64,000 nt of DNA from Nostoc sp. (GCA_036918135.1 JBALDB010000028.1:96001-160000); one strand, 5' to 3'. Shown: positions 41,207 through 52,232, numbered from the stretch's first letter. A program made the numbers and translations. Notes: generated by a model not told the origin, from the letters alone.

Positions 41207-43051
41207 GTGTCAGACTCTCTGCCATTGCGCGATCGCTATCTTGCTTTAATTGATGAAATTGTCGAAACCACTCTCAAGGGCAAAATTAGCTCTGTGGAAC
41301 AGGTGTATCAAATCCTGGTTAAAGGTATTACTTCCGGTACAGGGGAAGTGTTTGAACTAGCTTTGAGCGATCGCCTGAATGCTCTCCAAAGCCAAGTCGA
41401 TAGCGAAAAAGACGAACTCAAAAAAGCGAAAGCTACTCGAAGTTTGAGAGCTATTAAAACCATTCAAACTCAATGGCAACGTTGGCAAGAGCAAAATAAA
41501 GCGACGGAAGCGATTGCTTCAGCAGTAACAGAAATTACTACAGCTGCTGCTAATGAGCGTCTGGCAGCATTTGTGCGTGTTATTGACCCAAATCAAAAGT
41601 ATCCCCTAAATTTGCCCCAATTACAGCAGCTATCAAAATCATTACAGCAATTTGCCCAGATAGATGCTAATTTACAACAATTTTCTGAAGGTATTACCCG
41701 TGGTTTAGCTTCTTGGCAACGCCTCCAAGACAATTTGCTCAGTTGGATGTACGAGCAAAGAGAATCTTTGGGATTTGGCGGCGTCCCTGGCGAACGTGGC
41801 CCTTGGGCGAGTTGGGCAAAGCAACTCAATAGTGAGTTACCCCAAGCACTGTTTCGCACCTTAGCGATGGAGGAATCTGCAATTCAATTCGCCGAACAGC
41901 AACGGGGTATCACCCTTAAAGATTGGGTGGAAATGGCGTTGATTTTACAATATTTGCAACGAGGGTTAATTAACTGGTTTGACCAACAAGCTTACGATGT
42001 TAAGGCAGGGCCAAATTTGTCCATTTCCACTTTTTTGACCTTTGCAGTAATTTGGAGTCAGTTAGCAAGTGGTTTTCAAAGCATTGGTGCAGTATATAGT
42101 GATGCTTGTTCTCAAATTATGCTGCAAATTCTGCGAACCTTTGCCCAACGCTCATATTTTCCGCTTTACGGCGGCATTTTCGCCTCATTTTCTGGCAGTT
42201 ATCTCCGGAATACTTTAGATTATTTAGATGAACCGCTGCGAACTGTAGAGGGAACCCAAGAAAAAGCGCGGATTTTGACACTTTTAGGCTACTCTCAACG
42301 TGCTTTGGGACAATATCAGCGCTCTGTAGACTTTCATCAGCAGGCGTTGGACATAGCTAGGAGTGCAGGCGATCGCCCTTGTGAAATTGCCAATCTCAAC
42401 CACCTCAGCCGTACCTATGTCCAACAGCAAAATTATGCCGAAGCAATAAATTACAGTCAACGAGCATTAATATTGAGTCGGCAAGCAGGCGATAGGACAG
42501 GAGAAGCAAACGCGCTGGTAAATTTAGGCTACAGCGAAGTTATGCAGGCTCAGCAGTTGGAAAACTTAGAACCAGAAACCTATGAATCAGCAATTAACTA
42601 TTTGGAACAAGGTTTGAATTTGTCAGAAAAATTAGGAGATATTCCAAGTAAAGCTTTATGTTTCAGCAGCTTAGGAATTGCCTATTTAGTAATTGGACAA
42701 CACCAAACGGCAATTAAATACCTCGAAGATGGTTTTAAAATAGCACAATTCTCCGGTGATTTATATCTTCAAGGGCGGAATTTAGCTTATTTAGCTGAAG
42801 CTTATTATCATTTGCAAAATGTTGAGAAAACCATCTACACAGGTAGCTTAGGAATGTATCTTTTAAACCAAATTGGTTCTCGTGAATGGCGTCAACCAGC
42901 AGGGTTACTGACAATTTTACAGGGACAAATAGGGGCGGAAGATTTCCATAAATTCTTACAGAAACATCGTTCTAAAATCATTGTACTTATTGGTGTGGAT
43001 GGCTATGATTACATCCCAAATCTGTTAGAAATATACAAGCAAGATATATAG
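41207..43051 (+). CDS. Tetratricopeptide repeat protein
   Basis: Helical N-terminus; C-terminal TPRs (GQYQRSVDFHQQALDIA, GDRTGEANALVNLG). Confidence 0.85.
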   Translation: MSDSLPLRDRYLALIDEIVETTLKGKISSVEQVYQILVKGITSGTGEVFELALSDRLNALQSQVDSEKDELKKAKATRSLRAIKTIQTQWQRWQEQNKATEAIASAVTEITTAAANERLAAFVRVIDPNQKYPLNLPQLQQLSKSLQQFAQIDANLQQFSEGITRGLASWQRLQDNLLSWMYEQRESLGFGGVPGERGPWASWAKQLNSELPQALFRTLAMEESAIQFAEQQRGITLKDWVEMALILQYLQRGLINWFDQQAYDVKAGPNLSISTFLTFAVIWSQLASGFQSIGAVYSDACSQIMLQILRTFAQRSYFPLYGGIFASFSGSYLRNTLDYLDEPLRTVEGTQEKARILTLLGYSQRALGQYQRSVDFHQQALDIARSAGDRPCEIANLNHLSRTYVQQQNYAEAINYSQRALILSRQAGDRTGEANALVNLGYSEVMQAQQLENLEPETYESAINYLEQGLNLSEKLGDIPSKALCFSSLGIAYLVIGQHQTAIKYLEDGFKIAQFSGDLYLQGRNLAYLAEAYYHLQNVEKTIYTGSLGMYLLNQIGSREWRQPAGLLTILQGQIGAEDFHKFLQKHRSKIIVLIGVDGYDYIPNLLEIYKQDI

Positions 43052-43057
43052 TAAGTT

Positions 43058-43341
43058 ATATCATGTCCGTTCAAACAACCGTCATTGTGACCGTTCGCTC
43101 TTAGCGTTCCCGCAGGGTAGGGAAGCAATCTCAAAAACCTTGTGATTGCTTTGTTTCACTTCGTTCCACTCGCAATGACATATTATATCAAGTCTGGCTA
43201 ATTACTTACAATATGGTTGGTCTTTTTGGTAATTGGTAATGGGTGATAGGTGAACAGTTGTGTTTTCTGACTCATTACCCATTAGCCATTACCCATTACC
43301 GACCCTCACAAATATCATAACTGTTTAACCGGACATGATAT
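43058..43341. mobile_element. MITE with terminal inverted repeats carrying nested repeats
   Basis: ATATCATGTCCG(TTCAAACA) and (TGTTTAAC)CGGACATGATAT: perfect 12-bp core, 18 of 20 matches overall. Inside are a GTCATTG...CAATGAC palindromic unit and inverted GGTAATG/CATTACC heptamers. Confidence 0.75.
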
Positions 43342-43355
43342 TACCCAGTCCCCTT

Positions 43356-44555
43356 CTATATCTCTGCATTACTTTGCGTTTGAGAAATACCACTCACCGC
43401 AATGCAAACACCAGCTAGCAAAAATGCCATTGCACCCCCAACTGCACCAACAAAAGGTGATATGGTTTGCGGTTGGGGAAATAGGATATTAAACAAACTC
43501 ATCGCCAAAGCAAACCCACCAAAGTACATACCAATTCCTAATCCCGCCCATCTTTTGGGTATCAGTGCTAAAGCAAAAGGAACCGCCCCGTTGACAATTA
43601 AACTAAAGCCAGCAACGATTAATAGAATTATCGGAATTTGTGCGCCCACAAATATTATTATCAGTAACGAAGCAATGGTTGCACAAATACCACAAAGCAT
43701 TGCTTGACGATTGCCAATTTTGACGGCCAATATCCCAGCCGGAATGTTGGCTAGAGCGATCGCTATTCCAATCCACACCATTTGCACATCAATATTATCA
43801 GTATTCAGTTGAGCTTTGAGGACTTTACTTAAGACATCCATCAAAAATCGGATACCCCATGCTACACCAAAACCAGTTACTAAAATCACCACCAATTTTT
43901 GTAAAGGAAACTGTACTATCTCTGCATTGTGTCGATCGACTGGGGTTTCTGGAGGATTAACTAAGCGCAACACAGCTATCGTCCCTAACAAAGCAAAAGA
44001 ACCAATCGCAAAAGTTAAAACTGGCCCTAAACTGAGAATATATTTGCTCGCAATCGGTCTAAAAGCGCCAATAAATCCTCCTACTAAAGTAACAAAACTG
44101 ACTGCCAATGGTAACTCGGCTGGTGTAGAGTACATTCCCAGCAGGCAGATAGCTGGAGAGCGAAATATCGTCATCGCTAATGCCCAGGCTACTAGAATTA
44201 TTGGCAGCAGCGATCGCAAAACCATATTAAGCGGGATCAAGCTGACAACACATGGTATAGCAATAAACAAAGCCGATGCCAGAATCACACCTACTGAGAT
44301 AAACGGAAATCTCGTTCCTACCCAACGCCGAGATTCATCCGAAAGTCCCCCCATCACTGGTTCCAATACTGCACTCAAGGCATTTTCTACCAGCAATAAA
44401 CCAACAGCTAATGAGGCAGGAAAATCAAACTGGGCCAAAAGTTGGGGCAAGTACAGATTATATATTAACCAAGTTAAGGTAATTGCCCCTTGCACCGCAG
44501 CTAACGCCCAAACTTGCACCCATAAGATATTAAAAGAAAATTTTGAGGTAGTCAT
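43356..44555 (-). CDS. MFS transporter
   Basis: About 12 hydrophobic segments; GGLSD...GTRFPFI (motif A-like) and KIGNR. Confidence 0.85.
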   Translation of the reverse strand: MTTSKFSFNILWVQVWALAAVQGAITLTWLIYNLYLPQLLAQFDFPASLAVGLLLVENALSAVLEPVMGGLSDESRRWVGTRFPFISVGVILASALFIAIPCVVSLIPLNMVLRSLLPIILVAWALAMTIFRSPAICLLGMYSTPAELPLAVSFVTLVGGFIGAFRPIASKYILSLGPVLTFAIGSFALLGTIAVLRLVNPPETPVDRHNAEIVQFPLQKLVVILVTGFGVAWGIRFLMDVLSKVLKAQLNTDNIDVQMVWIGIAIALANIPAGILAVKIGNRQAMLCGICATIASLLIIIFVGAQIPIILLIVAGFSLIVNGAVPFALALIPKRWAGLGIGMYFGGFALAMSLFNILFPQPQTISPFVGAVGGAMAFLLAGVCIAVSGISQTQSNAEI

Positions 44556-44648
44556 AAGCACAAAAGATGAGGGAGACAAGACGAGACAAGAAAATTTTAT
44601 CTTGTCCTCCTCATCTCCCTCATCCCTTTCATCTCCTCTTATTCCTTT

Positions 44649-45821
44649 TTAATACTCCGGAACTGAGGAATCAATTTCCCGACTCCAAGCGGTAATACCA
44701 CCTTTGACATTCGTCCCGACAATCCCGGCTTCTTTGAGGATAGCCAGGGCTTTTGCCGATCGCCCGCCCATCTTACAATGAGCAATTAAGTGGTGACCGT
44801 TCAATATTTCTTTCACCCTAGCAACACCATTCCCGTTTTCAATCTCTGGTAAGGGCACCAAAACTGAGCCAGGAATCTTAGCAATCTCGTACTCATTGGG
44901 GTTGCGGACATCCAGTAGTACAAAATCCTTCGCACCACTATCTAGCAATTCCTTCAAATCCTTGACTGTCATTTCTTGAATTTCCATCTGCTGTTTTGCC
45001 TCCTCTGCCTTAGCTTGTGGAATTCCGCAGAATTGTTCGTAGTCTATCAGCTTTTCAATCACTGGACGAATCGGGTTAGGACGTAGCTTCAATTCCCGAA
45101 ATTTCATTTCTAGGGCGTTGTATAGCAGCAACCGTCCACTCAACGTATTACCCTGTCCAATAATAATTTTGACAGTTTCCGTTGCTTGGATAACACCGAT
45201 AATTCCTGGCAAAATTCCCAACACGCCACCTTCAGCACAAGAGGGAACCATTCCTGGTGGTGGTGGTTCCGGGTAAAGGTCGCGATAATTCGGCCCACCT
45301 TCGTAATTAAATACAGTAGCTTGTCCTTCAAAGCGGAAAATGGAACCGTAGACGTTGGGTTTGTTTAGCAATACGCAAGCATCGTTAACTAAATACCTCG
45401 TAGGAAAGTTATCGGTGCCATCAACCACGATATCGTAAGGTTGAAAAATTTCCAATGCATTTTCGGAACTCAGGCGAGTTTCGTAGAGATCGACCTGACA
45501 ATAGGGATTAATCTCGTGAATGCGGTTTTTTGCGGATTCAATCTTGGGTTTACCTACCCAGGATGTACCGTGGATTACTTGGCGTTGCAAATTGGAAGTA
45601 TCGACAACATCAAAATCAACAATGCCGATGCGTCCAATACCCGCAGCTGCTAAATATAAAAGTAGTGGTGAACCTAGTCCACCTGTACCGATACAAAGTA
45701 CGCTAGCAGCTTTCAAGCGCTTCTGTCCTTCGAGTCCCACTTCCGGCAAAATCAGGTGTCGGGAGTAGCGTTCGTAATCGTCTTTGGTCAACTGGATTTC
45801 ATCCAGATTTGGATCGATCAT
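44649..45821 (-). CDS. moeB: MoeB/MoeZ adenylyltransferase with C-terminal rhodanese domain
   Basis: ERYSRHLIL, IGTGGLGS, SNLQRQ, DGTDNFPTRY, PSCAEGGVLG; rhodanese DVRNPNE, HCKMGGRS. Confidence 0.95.
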   Translation of the reverse strand: MIDPNLDEIQLTKDDYERYSRHLILPEVGLEGQKRLKAASVLCIGTGGLGSPLLLYLAAAGIGRIGIVDFDVVDTSNLQRQVIHGTSWVGKPKIESAKNRIHEINPYCQVDLYETRLSSENALEIFQPYDIVVDGTDNFPTRYLVNDACVLLNKPNVYGSIFRFEGQATVFNYEGGPNYRDLYPEPPPPGMVPSCAEGGVLGILPGIIGVIQATETVKIIIGQGNTLSGRLLLYNALEMKFRELKLRPNPIRPVIEKLIDYEQFCGIPQAKAEEAKQQMEIQEMTVKDLKELLDSGAKDFVLLDVRNPNEYEIAKIPGSVLVPLPEIENGNGVARVKEILNGHHLIAHCKMGGRSAKALAILKEAGIVGTNVKGGITAWSREIDSSVPEY

Positions 45822-45889
45822 AGCAGTTAAGAGGTGGAACGGGAATATTAATCCTATCGAAAAATGATATCTGTCTTGTAATTAAGCCG

Positions 45890-46348
45890 TTAAATTATAT
45901 TTTCAATTGCCTCTGCTTGGAACTGATGAGTGTTATCAAGGCTCCAGCTTCGCACTTCTGTAGCTTTACCGTTTTGGACGGAAACTATTATATACGAGTA
46001 TCCTTGCCAAGCATACACGCGATCGCATTCTGAAGGTATGGCAGAACAATCCGGGTGGGAGTGAAAAATGCCGATAATATTCAACGAGCGATCGCGTGCT
46101 TGTTTTTGTGCTTGTAACATTACTTGGGGGGCGATCGTATATTGCCGTTTTTTACTTTCTGCTGTGTGGTCGCCACAAAATTCAGCACCTGCCTCTGTAT
46201 TCCAGGCATTTTCTGTTGGCATAACTTCTACTGTGGTTTTGCCTTCATTAGCCACATAGCCCAAGATTATACCACAGCATTCCTCTGGGTAAATCTTTTC
46301 CGCATGGGTGCGAATAGTCTGTAAATGTTCTTGGCTAAGTCCAATCAT
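45890..46348 (-). CDS. M67 (JAB/Mov34) metallopeptidase
   Basis: YPEECCG...GIFHSHP...PSECD JAMM motif. Confidence 0.92.
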   Translation of the reverse strand: MIGLSQEHLQTIRTHAEKIYPEECCGIILGYVANEGKTTVEVMPTENAWNTEAGAEFCGDHTAESKKRQYTIAPQVMLQAQKQARDRSLNIIGIFHSHPDCSAIPSECDRVYAWQGYSYIIVSVQNGKATEVRSWSLDNTHQFQAEAIENII

Positions 46349-46539
46349 GTCTGCGTTTGTAATTTTGCTATCTCTAGCGATTCTTGTTTGAATACAATAC
46401 CTTACTACCTACTGGTTTTATTTAGATCCTAGCGAACACTATCATCAAATATCTATTTTTATCTGTTGAGAGAATATTCTCCTACTACTTTCGGTCAATT
46501 CTTTGGCTATCAAAATATCAATAGTATACAAAAACTAAT

Positions 46540-47130
46540 ATTTATTTATACGCTTATCAAATAATATGAAGATTATGCAAAGATTTTCTAAAAATATAGA
46601 CATTTAAGTAAATGTTCGGTAGTTAGTTATTATCGGGTTATTTAAATGTTTCCTATTTTCAAGCTAGATATTCAAAGGCGATCGCCCACAAAAAAGGCAT
46701 AGAGATTTCTTCTTTTATGCTATGTCAAGTGTTTTCTATTTTCAAGCTACTAGGACTTACCTATTGACAAACTAACCAAATTATGAACTTTTGGTTTCGG
46801 GTATCGCAGTTTGATTTTTTAACTATTTTTCAGCGATACCAAGGCTACTAATGAAGGATGATTTAAATTAGCCTGAAACTAGTTGCTTTCTAGAAGCCAC
46901 ACGCTCAGAAATAGGTACGCTGCTTAAGATTTAGATAGTCCTCAATAGTTGAATAAGTACTACTTGCAAACCAATTAAAAGGAGAATCTTCCAAAAAATT
47001 AACCATCAAGGGTGAGATTTTAAGTATGTCGAAAGCATCAACTTTCGGCAAATTTTTCTGCCCTCAAGTACTAACAGCAACTTGATAACTGAAAATTAGC
47101 CCCAAGTATTGATTTAGGTAGGAACAATTT
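46540..47130 (+). promoter_or_regulatory. Conserved upstream leader of RTX gene 1 (homologous to 52495-53072)
   Basis: Collinear blocks shared with the RTX gene 3 leader, e.g. TATGCAAAGAT, ATGTTTCCTATTT, TGCTTAAGA.TTA.ATAGTCCT.AATAGTTG.ATAAGTACTAC, and the hairpin GTCGAAAG-N6-CTTTCGGC. Confidence 0.65.
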
Positions 47131-49821
47131 ATGGCAAATATCATTGGAACCAATGCAAATGATACCCTAGTGGGTACTGACAGTGCCGATACAATTAATG
47201 GTAAAGCTGGCAATGATATCATCACAGCTGGTTATAGCAACGACACTTTAACAGGTGGAGGCGGCAAGGACACATTTGTTTATAACTCAGGCGACGATAC
47301 TGATACGATTACTGACTTTGGTGGCGTCGGTAAAGGCTCAAATCCAACAGCAGCAGTGATTGCCGAAGTTGATACTATCAAATTCGTTGGCTATGGCTTG
47401 ACTGCGCGAAATCTGCTACTTATCCAAAATGGTAACAATTTGGAAATCACCTTTGCAGAAAACGGTTCTACCAAACTCATTCTCAAAAACTTCAAATTAG
47501 AAAACTTAGATAACCTGAAAGCCAATGGTACAAGACCAGCCATTGGTAATATCCTGTTTGATGGAGAAACTAGCATCACTGATAGCTTCAATGTTCTAAA
47601 TGCTAATTCCACTGATACAAACATCGGCATCAAGAACACAGTAACTTTCCTCAATGACCTAGACAACAACATTACTGCTTTAGACAACTCAGATGATGTA
47701 GTCAATGGGCAAGGAGGTAATGACAAAATTGATGGCTTAAGTGGCAATGACTTGCTGCGTGGTGGTGCTGGCAATGATACGATAATTGGCGGTGCTGGCA
47801 ATGATACTCTGATTGCTGGCACTGGTAACGATTACTTGAATGTTGACTACCCAGAAGGCAACAACCTACTATCTGGTGGCTATGGCGCTGATTATCTTGA
47901 CGCTTCTGGCTACTTCGAGTACGAAAATAGTTACTATGCCTCAGGCAATAACACCCTTAACGGTGGCACTGGAAATGATACTTTGAATATTGAATATTCA
48001 TCAGGCAATAATCTGCTGTCTGGGGGCGAGGGTAATGATTCTCTATCTGCCGCCGGTATCAGAACCTATGAGCCTGATAGCAGTGCTTTAGGGAATAACA
48101 CGCTCAACGGTGGTACTGGTAACGATAGATTGAATCTTAACTTTTCATCAGGCAATAACCTGCTGTCTGGTGATGATGGCAATGATATTATCTCTGTCTC
48201 TGGATTCGTTTACTACCAGATTGTTGGCGCCTCAGGCAAAAATACCCTCAACGGTGGTGTTGGTGATGATTACTTGACTGCGGATTATTCAACAGGCGAT
48301 AACTTGCTCGATGGTGGTCTTGGTAAGGATACCTTGAATGTTGAGGCTTCACTAGGCAATAACCTGCTCATTGGTGGTGATGACAATGATTATCTTGATG
48401 CTACTGGCAACTTCACCAGATACGGCATCGATTCCTCCTCAGGCAATAACACTCTCAACGGAGGTACTGGTGACGATACCTTAAATGTTAACTATTCGAG
48501 AGGTGATAATCTCTTGGATGGCGGTGATGGCAATGACTCTCTCTTTGGCTATAGCGACTTTGACGGCTACTATGGCGCATTAGACACGACTTATGGCAAT
48601 AACACTCTCAATGGTGGCACTGGTAACGATACCTTAAATGTTGACTTATCACAAGGCAATAATCTCCTGGATGGTGGTGATGATAATGATTTTCTTTCCG
48701 CCTCCGGTTTATTTAATGGCTACGAATATGGCGGAAGTTCATATTCTGTCACATTAGGCAGTAATACCCTCAATGGTGGTGTTGGTGACGATACATTGAA
48801 TATTGGTTATTCATCAGGCGATAACCTCCTTGATGGTGGCGAAGGCGATGACTCTCTCTCTGGCTCTGGTTTCCAGTACAACGACAACGACGGAGGCACT
48901 ATTACCACCTCAGGCAATAATACTCTCAATGGAGGTCTTGGTGACGATACATTAAATCTTGACTATTCATCAGGCAATAACTCATTAAATGGTGGCGATG
49001 GCAATGATTATCTCTCTACCTTTGGCGCACTAGGTAACAACACTCTCAACGGAGGTGCGGGGAACAATACTCTTATTGGTGGTATCGGTAATGATTACCT
49101 CAAAGGTGGTACTGGTGGCGATTTGCTCAGAGGTGATGTAGGAAATGATACGATAATTGGTAGTGGAGGTACTAACACACTCAACGGTGCTGCTGGTGAC
49201 GATTATTTGAGTATTAACTCTTTCAATATTGACTTTTTTGCTGGCTTTAATCTGTTCTCTGGGGGCGATGGTAATGATTCTCTGTTTGCTTCTTCCTCCA
49301 ATGAAGATTACGCTTCACTCTATAACACACTCAACGGTGGCGCTGGTGATGATTACTTAATTGTTGATGGTTTTACTGGTGATAACAGACTTAACGGGGG
49401 TGATGGTAATGATTATCTCTCCGTTTCTAATATCTCTTATGGTGGTGACACCCTCAACGGTGGTAAGGGTAATGATACCCTCATAGGTGGCAAGGGTAAT
49501 GATACCTTTGCCTTCAGCACTTATAATGATGGTATCGATCGACTTTTTGACTTCGACACAACCAATGACCAGATTCGGGTATCACTTTCTGGTTTTAGTG
49601 GCGACTTATCAACAGATTTTGAAGATTTCCTGTTAGCTAGCCAGTTTACGATTGGAACATCTGCAACCACTAACGCTCAGCGATTTATTTATAATGACAC
49701 TACAGGTGCATTGTTCTTTGACTCTGATGGCAGTGCAAGTACGTTTACTCAGGTACAATTTGCACAACTTACTGCTGGGTTGTCACTAACCAACAAGAAT
49801 TTTACTGCTTCCTATTTTTAG
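47131..49821 (+). CDS. RTX (hemolysin-type) calcium-binding repeat protein 1
   Basis: Many GGxGxDxL nonapeptides; C-terminal QRFIYN..TGALFFD.DG domain. Confidence 0.93.
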   Translation: MANIIGTNANDTLVGTDSADTINGKAGNDIITAGYSNDTLTGGGGKDTFVYNSGDDTDTITDFGGVGKGSNPTAAVIAEVDTIKFVGYGLTARNLLLIQNGNNLEITFAENGSTKLILKNFKLENLDNLKANGTRPAIGNILFDGETSITDSFNVLNANSTDTNIGIKNTVTFLNDLDNNITALDNSDDVVNGQGGNDKIDGLSGNDLLRGGAGNDTIIGGAGNDTLIAGTGNDYLNVDYPEGNNLLSGGYGADYLDASGYFEYENSYYASGNNTLNGGTGNDTLNIEYSSGNNLLSGGEGNDSLSAAGIRTYEPDSSALGNNTLNGGTGNDRLNLNFSSGNNLLSGDDGNDIISVSGFVYYQIVGASGKNTLNGGVGDDYLTADYSTGDNLLDGGLGKDTLNVEASLGNNLLIGGDDNDYLDATGNFTRYGIDSSSGNNTLNGGTGDDTLNVNYSRGDNLLDGGDGNDSLFGYSDFDGYYGALDTTYGNNTLNGGTGNDTLNVDLSQGNNLLDGGDDNDFLSASGLFNGYEYGGSSYSVTLGSNTLNGGVGDDTLNIGYSSGDNLLDGGEGDDSLSGSGFQYNDNDGGTITTSGNNTLNGGLGDDTLNLDYSSGNNSLNGGDGNDYLSTFGALGNNTLNGGAGNNTLIGGIGNDYLKGGTGGDLLRGDVGNDTIIGSGGTNTLNGAAGDDYLSINSFNIDFFAGFNLFSGGDGNDSLFASSSNEDYASLYNTLNGGAGDDYLIVDGFTGDNRLNGGDGNDYLSVSNISYGGDTLNGGKGNDTLIGGKGNDTFAFSTYNDGIDRLFDFDTTNDQIRVSLSGFSGDLSTDFEDFLLASQFTIGTSATTNAQRFIYNDTTGALFFDSDGSASTFTQVQFAQLTAGLSLTNKNFTASYF

Positions 49822-50093
49822 GATAAACATCCACAGGCGATCGCTAACTAGGTATTATAGCGATCGCCAAGTAAAAAGAATCTAAAACTACTATTTTCTT
49901 CAAGTTACATTCTAATAAAGTTAGAAAACATTTAATAATTGCATAGTCTGAAAAGAAAAATTGCTCTCCTTTCAAAGGAGACATCAAGTGTGTGAAAAAC
50001 TTCAAATTTTGAGTGAGTATTTGTGACTTCAAATAGCAATACCAATTGAGAAATGAGGATAGTTAAAAAATACATTGACAGAGGAAAAAAGTA

Positions 50094-52232
50094 ATGGCAA
50101 ATATCATTGGAACCAATGCAAATGATACCCTAGTGGGTACTGACAGTGCCGATACAATTAATGGTAAAGCTGGCAATGATATCATCACAGGTGGTTATGG
50201 TGACGATACTTTGACAGGTGGAGGCGGCAAGGACATATTTGTTTATGACTTCGGCAGGACTAATACGATTACTGATTTTGGTGGCGTCGGTAAAGGCTTA
50301 AATCCAACAGCAGCAGTGATTGCCGAAGTTGATACTATCAAATTTGGTCAGGGCTTTACTGCGCGAAATCTGCTACTTATCCAAAATGGTAACAATTTGG
50401 AAATCACCTTTGCAGAAGACGCCTATACCAAACTCATTCTCAAAAACTTCAAATTAGAAAACTTAGATAACCTGAAAGCCAATGGTACAAGACCAGCCAT
50501 TGGTAATATCCTGTTTGATGGTCAAACCAGTATCACCGATAGCTTCAATGTTCTAGATGCTAACTCCACTGATACAAGTATCGGCATCAAAAACACAGTA
50601 ACTTTCCTCAATGACCTTGACAACAACATTACTGCTTTAGACAACTCAGATGATGTCGTCAATGGGCAAGGAGGTAATGACAAAATTAATGGCTTAAGTG
50701 GTAATGACTTGCTGCGTGGTGGTACGGGCAATGATACGATAATTGGCGGTGCTGGCAATGATACTCTGATTGCTGGCACTGGTAACGATTCCTTGAATGT
50801 TAACTACCCACAAGGCAACAACTTGCTATCTGGTGGCTATGGCGCTGATTATCTTGACGCTTCTGGCTACTATCAGGAAAATGTTTACTATGCCTCAGGC
50901 AATAACACCCTTAACGGTGGCACTGGAAATGATACATTGAATATTAACTATTCATCAGGTAATAATCTGCTATCTGGGGACAACGGCAATGATTCTTTGT
51001 GTGCAAGTAACTCAGGCGGAAGCGGAAGCTCTTCCTACCCTATTGGCACTTTAGGGAGCAACACGCTCAAGGGTGGTGCTGGTGACGATACATTGAATAT
51101 TAACTATTCATCAGGCAATAACCTGCTATTTGGTGATGATGGCAATGATATTCTCTCCGTCTCTGGATTCCAGTACTACGACATTGTTGGCGCCTCAGGT
51201 AAAAATACCCTTAACGGTGGTGTTGGTAACGATTACTTGACTGCGGATAATTCAACAGGCGATAACTTACTCGATGGTGGCCTTGGTAACGATACCTTGA
51301 ATGTTGACGCATCACAAGGCAATAACCTGCTCATTGGTGGTGATGACAATGATTATCTTTATGCTAGTGGCAACCTCACCAGATACGGCATCTTTAGCTC
51401 TTTAGGCAATAACACCCTCAATGGTGGTGTTGGTGACGATACCTTAAATATTAATTATTCAAGAGGTGATAATCTCTTGGATGGCGGCGATGGTAATGAC
51501 TCTCTCTTTGGCTATAGCGACTTTGACGGCTACTACGGCGCATTAGACACGACTTATGGCAATAACACTCTCAATGGTGGCACTGGTAACGATACCTTAA
51601 ATGTTGACTTATCACAAGGCGATAATCTCCTGGATGGTGGCGATGGTAACGATTTCCTTTCTGCCTCCGGTTTATACAGTGACTACGAATACGGCGGAAG
51701 TTCATATTTTGTGACATTAGGCAGTAATACCCTCAATGGTGGTGTTGGTGACGATACATTGAATATTGGTTATTCATCAGGCGATAACCTCCTTGATGGT
51801 GGCGATGGTAATGATATTCTCACAGCCTTTGATGCTACTGGTAAGAACACCCTCAAAGGTGGTAATGGCAACGATATCCTCACGGGTGGCAAAGGTAATA
51901 ACAGCCTCTATGGAGGAAGTGGTACTGATACCTTTGTTTTTAATAGTTTCAACCAAGGTGTTGATAGACTTTATGACTTCAACGCCACTAATGAACTAAT
52001 CCAAGTATCAGCTACTGGTTTTGGTGGCGGCTTATCATCAGGTGTACTTAAGACAAGTCAGTTTAAGATTGGTGCATCTGCAACCACAACTAGTCAGCGA
52101 TTTATTTATAACAACACTACAGGTGCATTATTCTTTGACCAGGATGGTAGTGCAGGTGCATTTACTCAGGTAAAATTTGCACAGCTATCTGCTGGCTTGT
52201 CATTAACCAGCAACAATTTTGTGGTTGTTTAA
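50094..52232 (+). CDS. RTX calcium-binding repeat protein 2
   Basis: Same architecture; N-terminus nearly identical to protein 1. Confidence 0.93.
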   Translation: MANIIGTNANDTLVGTDSADTINGKAGNDIITGGYGDDTLTGGGGKDIFVYDFGRTNTITDFGGVGKGLNPTAAVIAEVDTIKFGQGFTARNLLLIQNGNNLEITFAEDAYTKLILKNFKLENLDNLKANGTRPAIGNILFDGQTSITDSFNVLDANSTDTSIGIKNTVTFLNDLDNNITALDNSDDVVNGQGGNDKINGLSGNDLLRGGTGNDTIIGGAGNDTLIAGTGNDSLNVNYPQGNNLLSGGYGADYLDASGYYQENVYYASGNNTLNGGTGNDTLNINYSSGNNLLSGDNGNDSLCASNSGGSGSSSYPIGTLGSNTLKGGAGDDTLNINYSSGNNLLFGDDGNDILSVSGFQYYDIVGASGKNTLNGGVGNDYLTADNSTGDNLLDGGLGNDTLNVDASQGNNLLIGGDDNDYLYASGNLTRYGIFSSLGNNTLNGGVGDDTLNINYSRGDNLLDGGDGNDSLFGYSDFDGYYGALDTTYGNNTLNGGTGNDTLNVDLSQGDNLLDGGDGNDFLSASGLYSDYEYGGSSYFVTLGSNTLNGGVGDDTLNIGYSSGDNLLDGGDGNDILTAFDATGKNTLKGGNGNDILTGGKGNNSLYGGSGTDTFVFNSFNQGVDRLYDFNATNELIQVSATGFGGGLSSGVLKTSQFKIGASATTTSQRFIYNNTTGALFFDQDGSAGAFTQVKFAQLSAGLSLTSNNFVVV

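Noticed and set aside
43816..44652. 278-aa plus-strand ORF
   Set aside because: Antisense to the MFS gene; its composition mirrors hydrophobic codons.
44649..46348. CBASS-like E1/JAB antiphage module
   Set aside because: No E2 or nucleotidyltransferase; MoeB-rhodanese with M67 fits sulfur-carrier metabolism.
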